A stretch of DNA of 64,000 nt from assembly GCF_009914755.1 (NCBI RefSeq), contig NC_060935.1. The stretch is one strand, 5' to 3'. A program made the position numbers and the translations under genes. The DNA is from the human T2T-CHM13v2.0 reference genome, Homo sapiens. This document shows positions 13,678-24,718 of this stretch, in pieces. The notes under the pieces were generated by a model that saw only the letters and a program-made list of their open reading frames with translations, did no database searches and was not told the DNA's origin. Within the stretch, counting starts at the first letter, position 1; each line of letters opens with the position of its first letter.

Positions 13678-16130
13678 GTGCTGATCAAGCCCATGGAGAT
13701 TTACCTGTATATGCTGAAAAAAGTGTTGGCCAGATTGAGGTTGCTGGTCAGAGGTGCTTTAAGGATGTCCTGGGCCTGGAAGAGGTGGCTCTGGGCTGGA
13801 TGCCAGCAGCTGCCTACTGTTTATATCAGATCCCCACACGAGAACTTCAGGAAAAAGTTGATTGAAGAACTGAAGAGACAAGAGGTAGTCCTAAAGGGTA
13901 CTTCATGAAGCAGAGCATTGGGAACTTCTGTCACACAATTAGACTTATATAAGCAGTGGCCGATAACCAAGACAAACCGAAATTTGAGGTGGGTCAATCC
14001 TAAAATATTTTATTTCTGAGGTGGAGAAAAATACCACTTGTAGACAGCACAAAATCCTTTGAAAATAATAAGACCTTTCAGGCAGTTTATGATGCTATTG
14101 CATAGCAAGGCCAATGTCAGGCAGATGACAAAGTGAATTTTTGTTTTATTCTGTTTAGCAACATGGATGGCCACCTCTCTGAACTTGATGGATGAATGCC
14201 TTTCCCAGTGAACTATGGTGCCAGTTCAGAGGACTCACTGCTGCAGGACTGTAGAGATTAGGCTGCCAAGGTCTGTAGAAAATTTACTGAGGAGGAAGGA
14301 GAGAAAGGCAGCCTCTCTGCTGTAACCCTCTCCAAGACAGTCTCATGAGAGGGACTTAGCTGTTTCTTCCTCTTCCTTTCAATGTGAAAATTTATATACC
14401 TACCTATCCACTCTAAAATGCTTCAATGCTCTCCCTCTCCCTCTCCTTCCACGGTCTCCCTCTCCCTCTCCCTCCACGGTCTCCCTCTTCCTCTCCCTCT
14501 CCCTCTCTCTCCACGGTATCCCTCTGATGCCCAGCCGAGGCTGGACTGTACTGCCGCCATCTCGGCTCACTGCAACCTCCCTGCCTGATTCTCCTGCCTC
14601 AGCCTGCCGAGTGCCTGGGATTGCAGGCATGCCCCGCCACACCTGACTGGTTTTTGTATTTTTTGGTGGGTTTCGCCGTGTTGGCCGGGCTGGTCTCCAG
14701 CTCCTGACCGCGAGTGATCTGCCCGCCTCAGCCCCCCGAGGTGCCGGGATTGCAGACGGAGTCTCACTCACTCAGTGCTCAATGTTACCCAGGCTGGAGT
14801 GCAGTGGCGTCATCTCGGCTTGCTACAACCTCCACCTCCCAGCTGCCTGCCTTGGCCTCCCAAAGTGCCCAGATTGCAGCCTCTGCCCAGCCGCCACCCT
14901 GTCTGGGAAGTGAGGAGCGTCTCTGCCTGGCCGCCCATCGTCTGGGATGTGAGGAGCCCCTCTGCTCGGCCACCCAGTCTGGGAAGTGAGGAGCGCCTCT
15001 GCTTGGCCGCGACCCCGTCTGAGAACTGAGGAGTGTCTCTGCCCGACCGCCACCCCGTCTGGGAGGTGAGGACCGTCTCTGCCCGGCTGCCCTGCCTGAG
15101 AAGTCAGGAGCTCCTCCGCATGGCCGCCGCCACATCTGAGAAGTGAGGAGCCCCTCCGCCCGGCAGCCGCCACGTCTGGGAAGTGAGGAGCCCCTCCGCC
15201 TGGCAGCCGCCCCATCCGGGAAGTGAGGCGTGTCTCCACCCAGCAGCCGCCCTGTCCAGGAGGTGGGGGTCAGCCCCTGCCCGGCCAGCTGCCCCGTCCG
15301 GGAGGGAGGTGGGGGGCAGCCCCCGCCCGGCCAGCTGCCCCGTCCGGGAGGGAGGTGGGGGGCAGCCCCTACCCGGCCAGCCGCCCCATCCGGGAGGGAG
15401 GTGGGGGGCAGCCCCCGCCCAGCAGCCACCCCGCCTGGGAGGTGGGGGGCGCCTCTGCCCGGCCCCCCCGTCTGGGAAGTGAGGAGCCCCTCTGCCCGGC
15501 CGCCACCCCGTCTGGGAGGTGTACCCAACAGCTCATTGAGAATGGGCCATGATGACGATGGCAGTTTTGTCAAATAGATAAGGGGGAAATGTGGGGAAAA
15601 GAAAGAGAAATCAGATTGTTACTGTGTCTGTGTAGAAAGAAGTAGACATAGGAGACTCCATTTTGTTCTGTACTAAGAAAAATTCTTCTGCCTTGGGATG
15701 CTGTTAATCTATAACCTTACCCCCAACCCCGTGCTCTCTGAAACATGTGCTGTGTCCACTCAGGGTTAAATGGATTAAGGGCGGTGCAAGATGTGCTTTG
15801 TTAAACAGATGCTTGAAGGCAGCATGCTCGTTAAGAGTCATCACCACTCCCTAATCTCAAGTACCCAGGGACACAAACACTGCGGAAGGCCGCAGGGTCC
15901 TCTGCCTAGGAAAACCAGAGACCCTTGTTCACATGTTTATCTGCTGACCTTCCCTCCACTATTGTCCTATGACCCTGCCAAATCCCCCTCTTCGAGAAAC
16001 ACCCAAGAATGATCAATAAATACTAAAAAAATAAATAAATAAATAAAGGTGCTGAGAACATAAAAAAAAATGTAAAATGCTTCAATGCCTATAAAACACA
16101 GAGTCTCTCCTTCGGCCTGCAGATATGCTC
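13678..16130 (+). pseudogene. Processed pseudogene of UCHL1 (ubiquitin C-terminal hydrolase L1), copy A; CDS about 13678-14345, 3'UTR interrupted by SVA
   Basis: Intronless, frameshifted matches to UCHL1: [103 protein letters not shown]. Start ATG is now GTG. 3'UTR-like sequence continues after the SVA. Confidence 0.88.
14430..16072 (+). mobile_element. Full-length SVA retrotransposon (older, SVA_B/C-like)
   Basis: (CCCTCT)n head, antisense Alu-like domain, GC-rich VNTR (about 14880-15520), SINE-R, AATAAA and A-tail. 16-bp TSD taaaatgcttcaatgc at 14414-14429 and 16073-16088. Empty site near 28226-28242. Confidence 0.95.
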
Positions 16131-16489
16131 GGAACTCTACATATTATATATAATTATTGCTTTATATAATCAGTCTTTGCATATATATGTACACATACAT
16201 ATATATACACACATATATATGGTCTTCGAATTTTAATTTTCACACTTATTTCAATGATTAAATATCTTTATTTTATAATTTGCATCAAGTAATCCTAATA
16301 TCTGTAATAAGTTGAAGGTATTCATTTGTGCTTTTTATTTCTTATTTTCCTGGAAAATGTCTGTCAATTAGAAACTTATCTGCGGGATATCTTTGAAGTC
16401 TGAGTAGTTGATAATTCATTCTCTGACTTATGTTTATATTTGCTTATTCCAGTGTCATGAGGTTTCTTCTAACCTGGGCCTCTTTATGT

Positions 16490-16814
16490 TTTGTTTTTTG
16501 TTTGCTTGTTTTTGTTTTTGTTTATGTTTGTTTTGAGACAGAGTCTCCTTCTGTCACCCAGGCTGGAGTGCAGTGGCTCAATCTCCACTCACTGCAAGCT
16601 GCGCCTCCCAAGTTCAGGCCATTCTTCTGCCTCAGTCTCCTGAGTAGCTAAGACTACCGGCGCCCGCCACCACGCCCTGCTGATTTTTTGTACTCTTAGT
16701 AGAGACGGGGTTTCACCGTGTTAGGCAGATGGTCTCAATCTCCTGACCTCGTGATCCAACCGCCTGGGCCTCCCAAAGTGCTGGGATTTCAGGTGTGAGC
16801 CACCACGCCGGGCC
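16490..16814 (-). mobile_element. AluY (copy A only)
   Basis: gcaagct..cctccc..gttca.gccattct diagnostic; degenerate tail; absent at about 28640. Confidence 0.88.
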
Positions 16815-17586
16815 TATTTCATGTTTTTTTAGCTTCAGATTTGATAGCCCATCAAAGCAGTGTAAATATAAACGCTGAATTAATATGACCGTTAATCTAT
16901 TGTCATAAATTCTTAAATAAGACTTTTTAACTCCTCCATGAAACAAAGCCTAAACGGACTAGTTTCATCCTTGTTGTTGCTGTTGTTGACTCTGTCCTAC
17001 TCTAGAGGTTGCAGCCCTTCAATAATCCGAATTTCCTGAGGGCATCTCTGTTCTAATTTCTCACCTTGCACACACCTCATCATTAGTCTCTCGTCTTCCT
17101 TGTATGTGATTATATCTTAAGTTCTAGGTTACCTCTAGGGGAACTATAGGCCTCCACACCCAAAAACACACATCTTCAAGATCATTACAACCACATGTTA
17201 TACCTTTTGGGTTGATGTGGTTTTAGACATGCATTGAACAGATTATCTGTTAGCCTTGGGTCTCCTTAGACAGACTTTTAGGTAACATTCAATTTAGAAT
17301 CCTACTGGTCATTTATTTTTCCTCTAAAAAGCCAAGAAATAAACCAGATATGGACTGTGGAAACATAAGTGTGCCTCACTGTGGACCAAAGCATTGGTGT
17401 GTTTTAGGCTGGAGATGAGGTTGGTACAGGCAGAGGAAACAGCTGAGATGACAACTGAGTGTGCAAGGGATGAGGCTTACGTTTTAGGTTGGACATGGTA
17501 AAGTGGAATGCTGACTTCCTCTGTAAGATAGGCAAAAGTATCTAGTAGAGTTTAGCAGAAGTGCTCTTTTTTAAACCTTATTACAG

Positions 17587-17894
17587 GCTGGGCACAGTGG
17601 CTCACCCATGTAATGCAAACTCTTTTGGAGGCCCAGGCAGATAGATAACTTGCACTCAGCAGTTCAAGACCAGTCTGGGCAACATGATGAAACCCCGTCT
17701 CTACAAAAAATACAAAAATTAGTGTGGTATGGTGGTGCACACCTGTAGTCCCAGCTACTGTGGCAGGGGTGAGGGGTGTAAGTTGGAGGATGGTTTGAAA
17801 CCCTGAGATCAAGGTTGCTGTAAGCTGTGATCATGCCACTGCACTCCAGTCCATCCTGGGTGATGGAGTGAGATGCTGTTTCAAAAAAAAAAAA
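17587..17894 (+). mobile_element. AluJ, copy A
   Basis: Diverged Alu dimer with J-type cagcagttcaagaccagtctgggcaacat; shared with copy B. Confidence 0.82.
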
Positions 17895-18255
17895 TAGCTT
17901 AATATATGTTTAAGAAGCAGTTTAAAACTATATGCCTAACTCCTTCCAAAAAGAAAACCCAGGTCTGGTTTTAAGGGTTTTATTTTCTAAAATACAAATT
18001 AGATTTTTTTTTATTTACATTGATTCCTCACTATAGAAATTTTTACTTTGGGGTATGGGCAGTTAAAACTATATTGATATCAAACTATCTGTTAATTGAT
18101 GTAAATACTCATATTTCTTTTATTCACACTTCATAAAAATTCCCTAACCCTTCAAGGAAAATGTATAATTTTGGATAAATTTGTATTGCACTAAGCTCTA
18201 TGAAAAAATTATAGGCTAAATAAAATGACAGCATGACAAAAATCAATACTGATGT

Positions 18256-19193
18256 TTATTTAGGAAACAGTTTTCTTTTGAACAGTTCTTTGGATAAAGC
18301 CTTTTTCACATCCTTGTTCCTCAGACTGTAGATCATGGGATTAACATGGGGATCACAGTGGTATAAAGTACAGCTACCATTTGTCCTTGCTCCATGGACT
18401 CTTCTGATGGAGGTCTGAGACACATGAAGAACAGAGTTGCATAGAAAATAGTAACAGCTGTCAGATGGGAGCCACAGGTAGAAAAAGCTTTTTGCCTGCC
18501 CTCTGTAGAGCGAATCCTTAAGATAGCAGGAAAAATGTAAAAGTAGGAAATAAATATGATGAAGAGAGAAAACGAAAGATTCCAGCCAGCCACAACAAAC
18601 ATTGACAACTCCTTGTTGTAGGTGTCAGAACAAGCCAGCTTAATCAGTGGTGGGTCTGCACAGTAGAAGTGATTAATTTCGTTGGGGCCACAGAAGGCTA
18701 GGTTGTAGGTCCACATGGTCTCCATCAGGCCAGTGAGCGCTCCATACACATAAGGCACCGTGATGAGGAAGGAACACACACTTTTGGACATTTTGCTGCC
18801 ATAAAGCAGAGGGTTTCAGATGGCCATGTACTAGTCAAAGGCCATCACAGCCAGGATGTAGATCTCAACGTGTACCAAGATGATATAAAGGTAACACTGA
18901 ACAAGACAGGCAGGATAGGAAATGCTTTTCTTCTCTGAAAGGAAAATCTCCAGCATCTTTGGGGTCACATTGGAAGAGAAGCACAGATCCAGGAAGGATA
19001 AGTGGCTCAGGAAAAAGTACATGGGCGTGTGGAGCCGGGCATTGGCCTGGATGAGGGCAATCATGCTAAGATTCCCTGCCACTGTGACCATGTAAATGGC
19101 CAGAAACAGCATGAAGAGGAGAATCTGTAATTCCTGGTGATTCGTCAGTCCCAGGAGAATGAACTCAGTCACCAACGTGAAGTTCCTTCTCAT
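18256..19193 (-). pseudogene. OR5M7P: OR5M-subfamily pseudogene (probably OR5M7P), close paralogue of OR5M8
   Basis: 938 bp. TAG replaces Arg of DRY (18831-18833), TGA replaces Cys of AICNP (18816-18818), and a 1-bp deletion near 18342 falls in the NPxxY region. Symbol from recalled cluster order. Confidence 0.85.
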
Positions 19194-20503
19194 AATTTCC
19201 TTCAGTGGGAGAAAGGAACTTTACATATATATTGATTGCAATACAATAGCAACATGATTATTACTATTATTACCAGTAGAGTAATAATCTTCTTACCAAA
19301 AGTTTTCCCCTCTTTTCAGCAGTTTTCCTCATTTTATTTCTAATGAACTTTGTTTCAGGTAAACTAAAGTAGGGATATTCAAAGCAGCTCTCTGCCTTTT
19401 TTGATACTGCCCTTTATTTTTCTTGTTTTATGTCCCTTTGTCTTTCTTTTCATTCCCTTCTAATTCAGCTTCTGTCTCTATTCTTCTTCTCTTCTTTCTC
19501 CTTCTCTTATTCTGCCCCTCTTTATATTTGAGAAATGTACTTTATAGGTGGACTTGCCCCAAAACATAACATTTAAAACTAACCAATTTCTTTATTCCTG
19601 ATTATAATTCTGGCAGAGAATGAGTTTAGAGAGAGGAAAGAACAAGATATCAAAGAACAATAATTGACTGAATGATCTTGTTATTTCTGAATAGATTTCA
19701 CCAGTTCAATCCCCTCTTGGAGAAGCCTGAGCAAACAAGCGGGGCTCACTTGTTGCTTTCTTCTTCCTCCAGACTCAATGCAATAGAGATTTTCCAGGCA
19801 GGGCATGATTTGTTCCCCTTATTTTGAAAAATATCTACATATTTGCGTTTCGAGGGTTGCACAGCTATTAAATTCCAGCCATTAACACTCCACTTGAATT
19901 TTTTGGAGGAAATTTTCCAATGTGTCAAGTTGAGAGTCATGGAAATTCTGTCCTCTTGATCTTCCACTTCTAGTTTCCACTGAGAGATGAGATTCTCTGT
20001 TTAGAAAGGCTTAAGCAGGGGTCAGATGCTAGCCTCTCCTTGTCTTAAGGGAGTGAGTTAATGACTCAAGTTTGACAAAATTTTTTTTCATCTAATTCAT
20101 TACAGTGAGGTTTGAAGATCAGGCTGATGTTGCAAAGAAACACTGATTCTGTGTGGTTTGATCTGCTCAGCCTCCACACCTGCCTAGGCTGCTATCTGTT
20201 CTCTAAGCCTGGTCTTTTAACCGCACATTGATTTAGGAGCCCTAACATCCTTTCAGAATGTTCCGGTTTTGCTTAGCATAACCAGAGCTGTGTTCTGTTA
20301 CTTACAACAACAACAAAAACTGTTAACACTGATATTAATGAAATGTACCTTCTATTTTTCTATATAAAAATCATCTATATTCACAAGAACATCTTATAGA
20401 AGGTTATTTTTGAATATCTGAAACAAAGATTTTATTTGTGATTTATACAACATCGAGTAAAAGCTGTGTCTACATCTATTCAATCATAGTAGTGATGTAC
20501 CTT

Positions 20504-21630
20504 TGAAGGGGTGGCCTGCCCCTCCACACCTGTGGGTATTTCTAGTTGGGTGGGATGAAAGACTGAGAAAAGAAATAAGACACAGAGACAAAGTACAGAG
20601 AAACAACAATGGGCCCAGGGGACCGGCACTCAGCATATCAAGGACCTGCACCAGCCTCTGAGTTCCCTCAGTTTTTATTAATTATTATCTTCATTATTTC
20701 AGCAAAAAGGAATGTAGTAGGAGGGCAGGGTGATAATAAGAAGGTCAGCAACAAACATGTGAGCAATAGAATCTATGTCATAATTAAGTTCAAGGGAAGG
20801 TACTATGACTGGACATGCACATAAGCCAGATTTATGTTTCTCTCCACCCAAACATCTCAGTGGAGTAAAGAATAACAAGGCAGCATTGCTGCAAACGTGT
20901 CTCACCTCCCACCATAGGGCAGTTTTTATCTGATCTCAGAATTGAACAAATGTACTATCGGGTTTTATACCGAGACATTCAGTCCCCAGGGGCAGGCAGG
21001 AGACAGTGGCCTTCCTCTATCTCAACTGCAAGAGGCTTTCCTCTTTTACTAATCCTCCTCATCACAGACCCTTTACGGGTGTCGGGCTGGGGGATGGTCA
21101 GGTCTTTCTCATGCCACAAGGCCATATTTCAGACTATCACATGGGGAGAAACCTTGGACAATACCCCGCTTTCAAGGGCAGAGGTCCCTACGGCTTTCCG
21201 CAGTGCAATGTGCCCCTGGTTTCAGACCATATTTCAGACTATCACATGGGGAGAAACCTTGGACAATACTCCGCTTTCAAGGGCAGAGGTCCCTGCGGCT
21301 TTCCACAGTGCATTGTGCTCCTGGTTTATCAAGACTAGAGAATGGCGATGACTTTTACCAATGTATACTGCTTGTAAACATTTTGTTAACAAGGCATGTC
21401 CTGCACAGCCCTAGATCACTTAAACCTTGATTTCATACAACACATGTTTTTGTGAGCTCCAGGTTGGGTCAAAGTGGTTGGGTCAAAGTGGCTGGGGCAA
21501 AGCTACAAATTAACAACATCTCAGCAAAGCAATTGTTTAAAGTACAGGTCTTTTTCAAAATGGAGTCTCTTATGTCTTTCCTTTCTACACAGACACAGTA
21601 ACAGTCTGATCTCTCTTTCTTTTCCCTACA
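20504..21630 (-). mobile_element. HERV-K(HML-2) solo LTR, LTR5A-like
   Basis: Minus strand starts tgtagggaaaagaaagagagatcagactgttactgtg and ends ggccaccccttca. 6-bp TSD tacctt (20498-20503, 21631-21636). Empty site near 10786-10791. Confidence 0.92.
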
Positions 21631-23064
21631 TACCTTCATTCATTTTTATATATCAAGCTCCTGTCAGATTTCACCTTTGTTTCTTTGTTTAATGTTTAAT
21701 GTTGTTTATGCAATAATTTATATACAGTGAAATTCATATATTTAAAGTGCCCAACTTTGTGTATTTGACAAATGCACACATCCGGTTGACATTCTTAAGT
21801 TTTAGGACTAGACCAAACACAAAGATGAATGCCTTGATAAAAATACGATAGCCTTAGCATAAAATCAATTCACAGGATCTGGAGTTAGATATTTCTGAAA
21901 TGCTGCTCTGTTCTTTTGACATGTTCCTTATTCTGTGTTTTAGTTTTACCACTAATTTAACCAGCACTTACATGGTGTTTCTTATAAGCCAAACACTAAT
22001 CTATTTTATAAGTTTTAACACATTCAACCCTCAAACCAATTCTATGACATTTTGCCTATAATAGATATGGATAATAACATATTTCCCTCATGGTTAGTAC
22101 AGAAAGAAATTCCACTACAAACCATAAAGCATACTGTACTGGTAGAAACATACGTTTGGGAGTCGACTGGTTGAGTTCACATTCTGATGTCAGAACTTCT
22201 GATCTGAGTAGTCTGGGTCATGTTTCTTAATAATTCTGGGCTATAATTTTTTTCTATTACAGATGAAATTAGCAAATACAAAAGCACTCTTTTTCGGATT
22301 TCACAAAATGGGGTATGTGATATGCATAGCACTGTGCCCAATGTGTGGCAAACCCTTAATAAATATTAGCTTTCATTTATATTGAGTGAAAGATCCTAGA
22401 GCATGCCTCTTATATTTTTATGCCATTAACTTCCATCCTCATTATTCAAGACTTTAACAAATAAAAGTACCTTAAATGCTAAGTGTCTACATTTTTCTGG
22501 TAATTGGCATTTTTCTTTCTACCTAGTCATTTAATCATCACAATCATATATCTAACTCTGAAAATACATATGATTGTACAACAAGTGTTCCAGGATTACA
22601 AACACATGCAGAAACTTATTTATGAATAAGGGAAGAGCTATCCTTACAAAGAATATCAAATGGCTTTTCTGGTGACAAATACAGGAATAATTTATAATAT
22701 TTGTATGATGACTTTATTTCCCTAAGGGATTTCACAGATATGCAAAAATGAAGCAATTACTCTGTCAGATTTTTTTTCTCACTGAATAATTTCTCTAGAG
22801 ATATGACATTTGGCACAACACAAATTTAAAATGGGAACTCACAACTCTCTGGTCCTTCTCTGCCTTATGTTTCATTCTCAGTATTTTCCTTCTTACATTG
22901 GAAAATCCATAAGATAACATTCATGTCTGCCATGGATTCTCACATTGCCTTAGGTTTACCATGTTACTTTCAACTTAATTCAACTTTTCTGATACAGTTT
23001 CTCTCGTACTAGTGTCACAAACTTTGTGTCAAACTTCTATTAGCCTTTCACGTTTCTTAATCTG

Positions 23065-23459
23065 TGTTATGGACTGGATTGTGCCCCTTCCCTCACTCTC
23101 CAAAATTCATATGCTGAAGTTCTAACTCCAAGCACCACAGAGCATGACTGTTGGAGACACAATATCTAAAGAGAACATTTAGTAAAATAAAGCCTAATGG
23201 GTGAGCTGTGCCCTAATCCAATATAACTTGCATCCTTATAAGAAGAGATTAGAATACAGATACACACAGAAAAAGAAAGTGTAAAGAGGTCGGGATAAGA
23301 TGATCATCCACAAGCCAGAAAGAGAACTCAGAATGAAACCAATTTTGCCCACACCTTGATCTTGGACTTCTAGCCTCTAGAACTGTGAGGAAATAAATCT
23401 GCATGTTTAAGTCACCAAGTTCATGGTACTTATTTGTGGCAGCCCTAGCAAACTAATAC
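23065..23459 (+). mobile_element. MaLR LTR (MLT1A-like), copy B
   Basis: Paralogue of 12215-12610. Confidence 0.75.
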
Positions 23460-23626
23460 CCTCTGTGTACTGATAGGTAAATAGAATGCTTTGATATTGG
23501 AATGAAGCTTTGCTTGCTTGAAGACTAGTACTATTTTTATTCGTTTTTAGTAAGCTTTATATTGAAGTCTAATTTACACACAAATAATGAGCACAAAACG
23601 TAAGTGTACAGCTTCATGAATTATGA

Positions 23627-23922
23627 TTTTTTTTTTTTTTTTGAGTCAGAGTGTCGCTCTGTTGCCCAGGCTGGAGTGCAGTGGTGGGATCTCGGCTCAC
23701 TGCAAGCTCCGCCTCCGGGTTCATGCCATTCTCCTGCCTCAGCCTCCCTAGTAGCTGGGACTACGGGTGCCCGCCACCACGCCTGGCTAATTTTTTGTAT
23801 TTTTAGTAGAGACAGGGTTTCACTGTGCTGGCCAGGATGGTCTCAACCTCCTGACCTCGTGATTCACCTGCCTCGGCCTCCCAAAGTCCTGGGATTACAG
23901 GCACGAGCCACCGTGCCCGGCC
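23627..23922 (-). mobile_element. AluY (copy B only)
   Basis: gcaagctccgcctccgggttcatgccattctcc. TSD gcttcatgaatt (23611-23622, 23924-23935). Empty site at about 12762-12773. Confidence 0.9.
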
Positions 23923-24718
23923 TGCTTCATGAATTTTTACAAAGTGAACATACTTGTATTACTTGCTTCTAAATTCTCAAATAGAAGATTACCAGTACTC
24001 CACCATCTGTCTTCATGCCCTTTCCTAGTCAGTAACCTCAAATTAACTATATCTTTGCTTTTAACACTGTAGATTAATTGTGTCTGGTTTTGAATTTTCT
24101 GTAATAGAAATTATACAGTGCATATTTTGTTAGGTCTAGTCTCCAATGAACACTACATTGGTGCTAAATATTATGTTGGTGATTTTTATTCATGATGATG
24201 AGTGTGATGAATATGTAAATAATTCCTTCATCTGCACTGCTGTATAATAAGTACACCAAACTTTATATATAGGTTATTTCCAGATGTGGCTATTACAAAA
24301 TTCAGTCTTGTGCATATCTCTTCATGAACATATTCATGCATGTCTGACTGCTGTAACTATGAGTAGAAGTGCTGGCTTATGGAGTATAAATATGTCCAGC
24401 TTAAATTTATGCTGCCTAATAGTTTTCCAAACTGGTTGTATCCATTTGTATTCTCACTAACATTATGTGAGAGATTCAATTGTTCCATAGTCCCACCAGT
24501 ACTTAGCAATATCATTTTTTTCTTTTTGTCATTTAGCAACATATAGGTACAGATATATAAAAACACAAATATCTTGTAATTGTAATGTGTACTTCCCTAA
24601 TGATTATTAAAGTTGAGCACAAAGTCATATGTTACTTGGTTCTTTGAATACATTTTTATATAGCACCAGTTCTCATTTTGCTGGTTTTTCTACTATCTGT
24701 TTTTTAACAAGGTGACAT

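Noticed and set aside
14400-16012. Several long GC-rich ORFs (up to 262 aa) on both strands
   Set aside because: They lie wholly within the SVA Alu-like, VNTR and SINE-R domains and are low-complexity repeat translations.
20950-21430. ORFs with an internally repeated peptide (IFQTITWGETLDNTPLSRAEVP twice)
   Set aside because: Antisense translation of the tandem duplication inside the LTR5A; not a gene.
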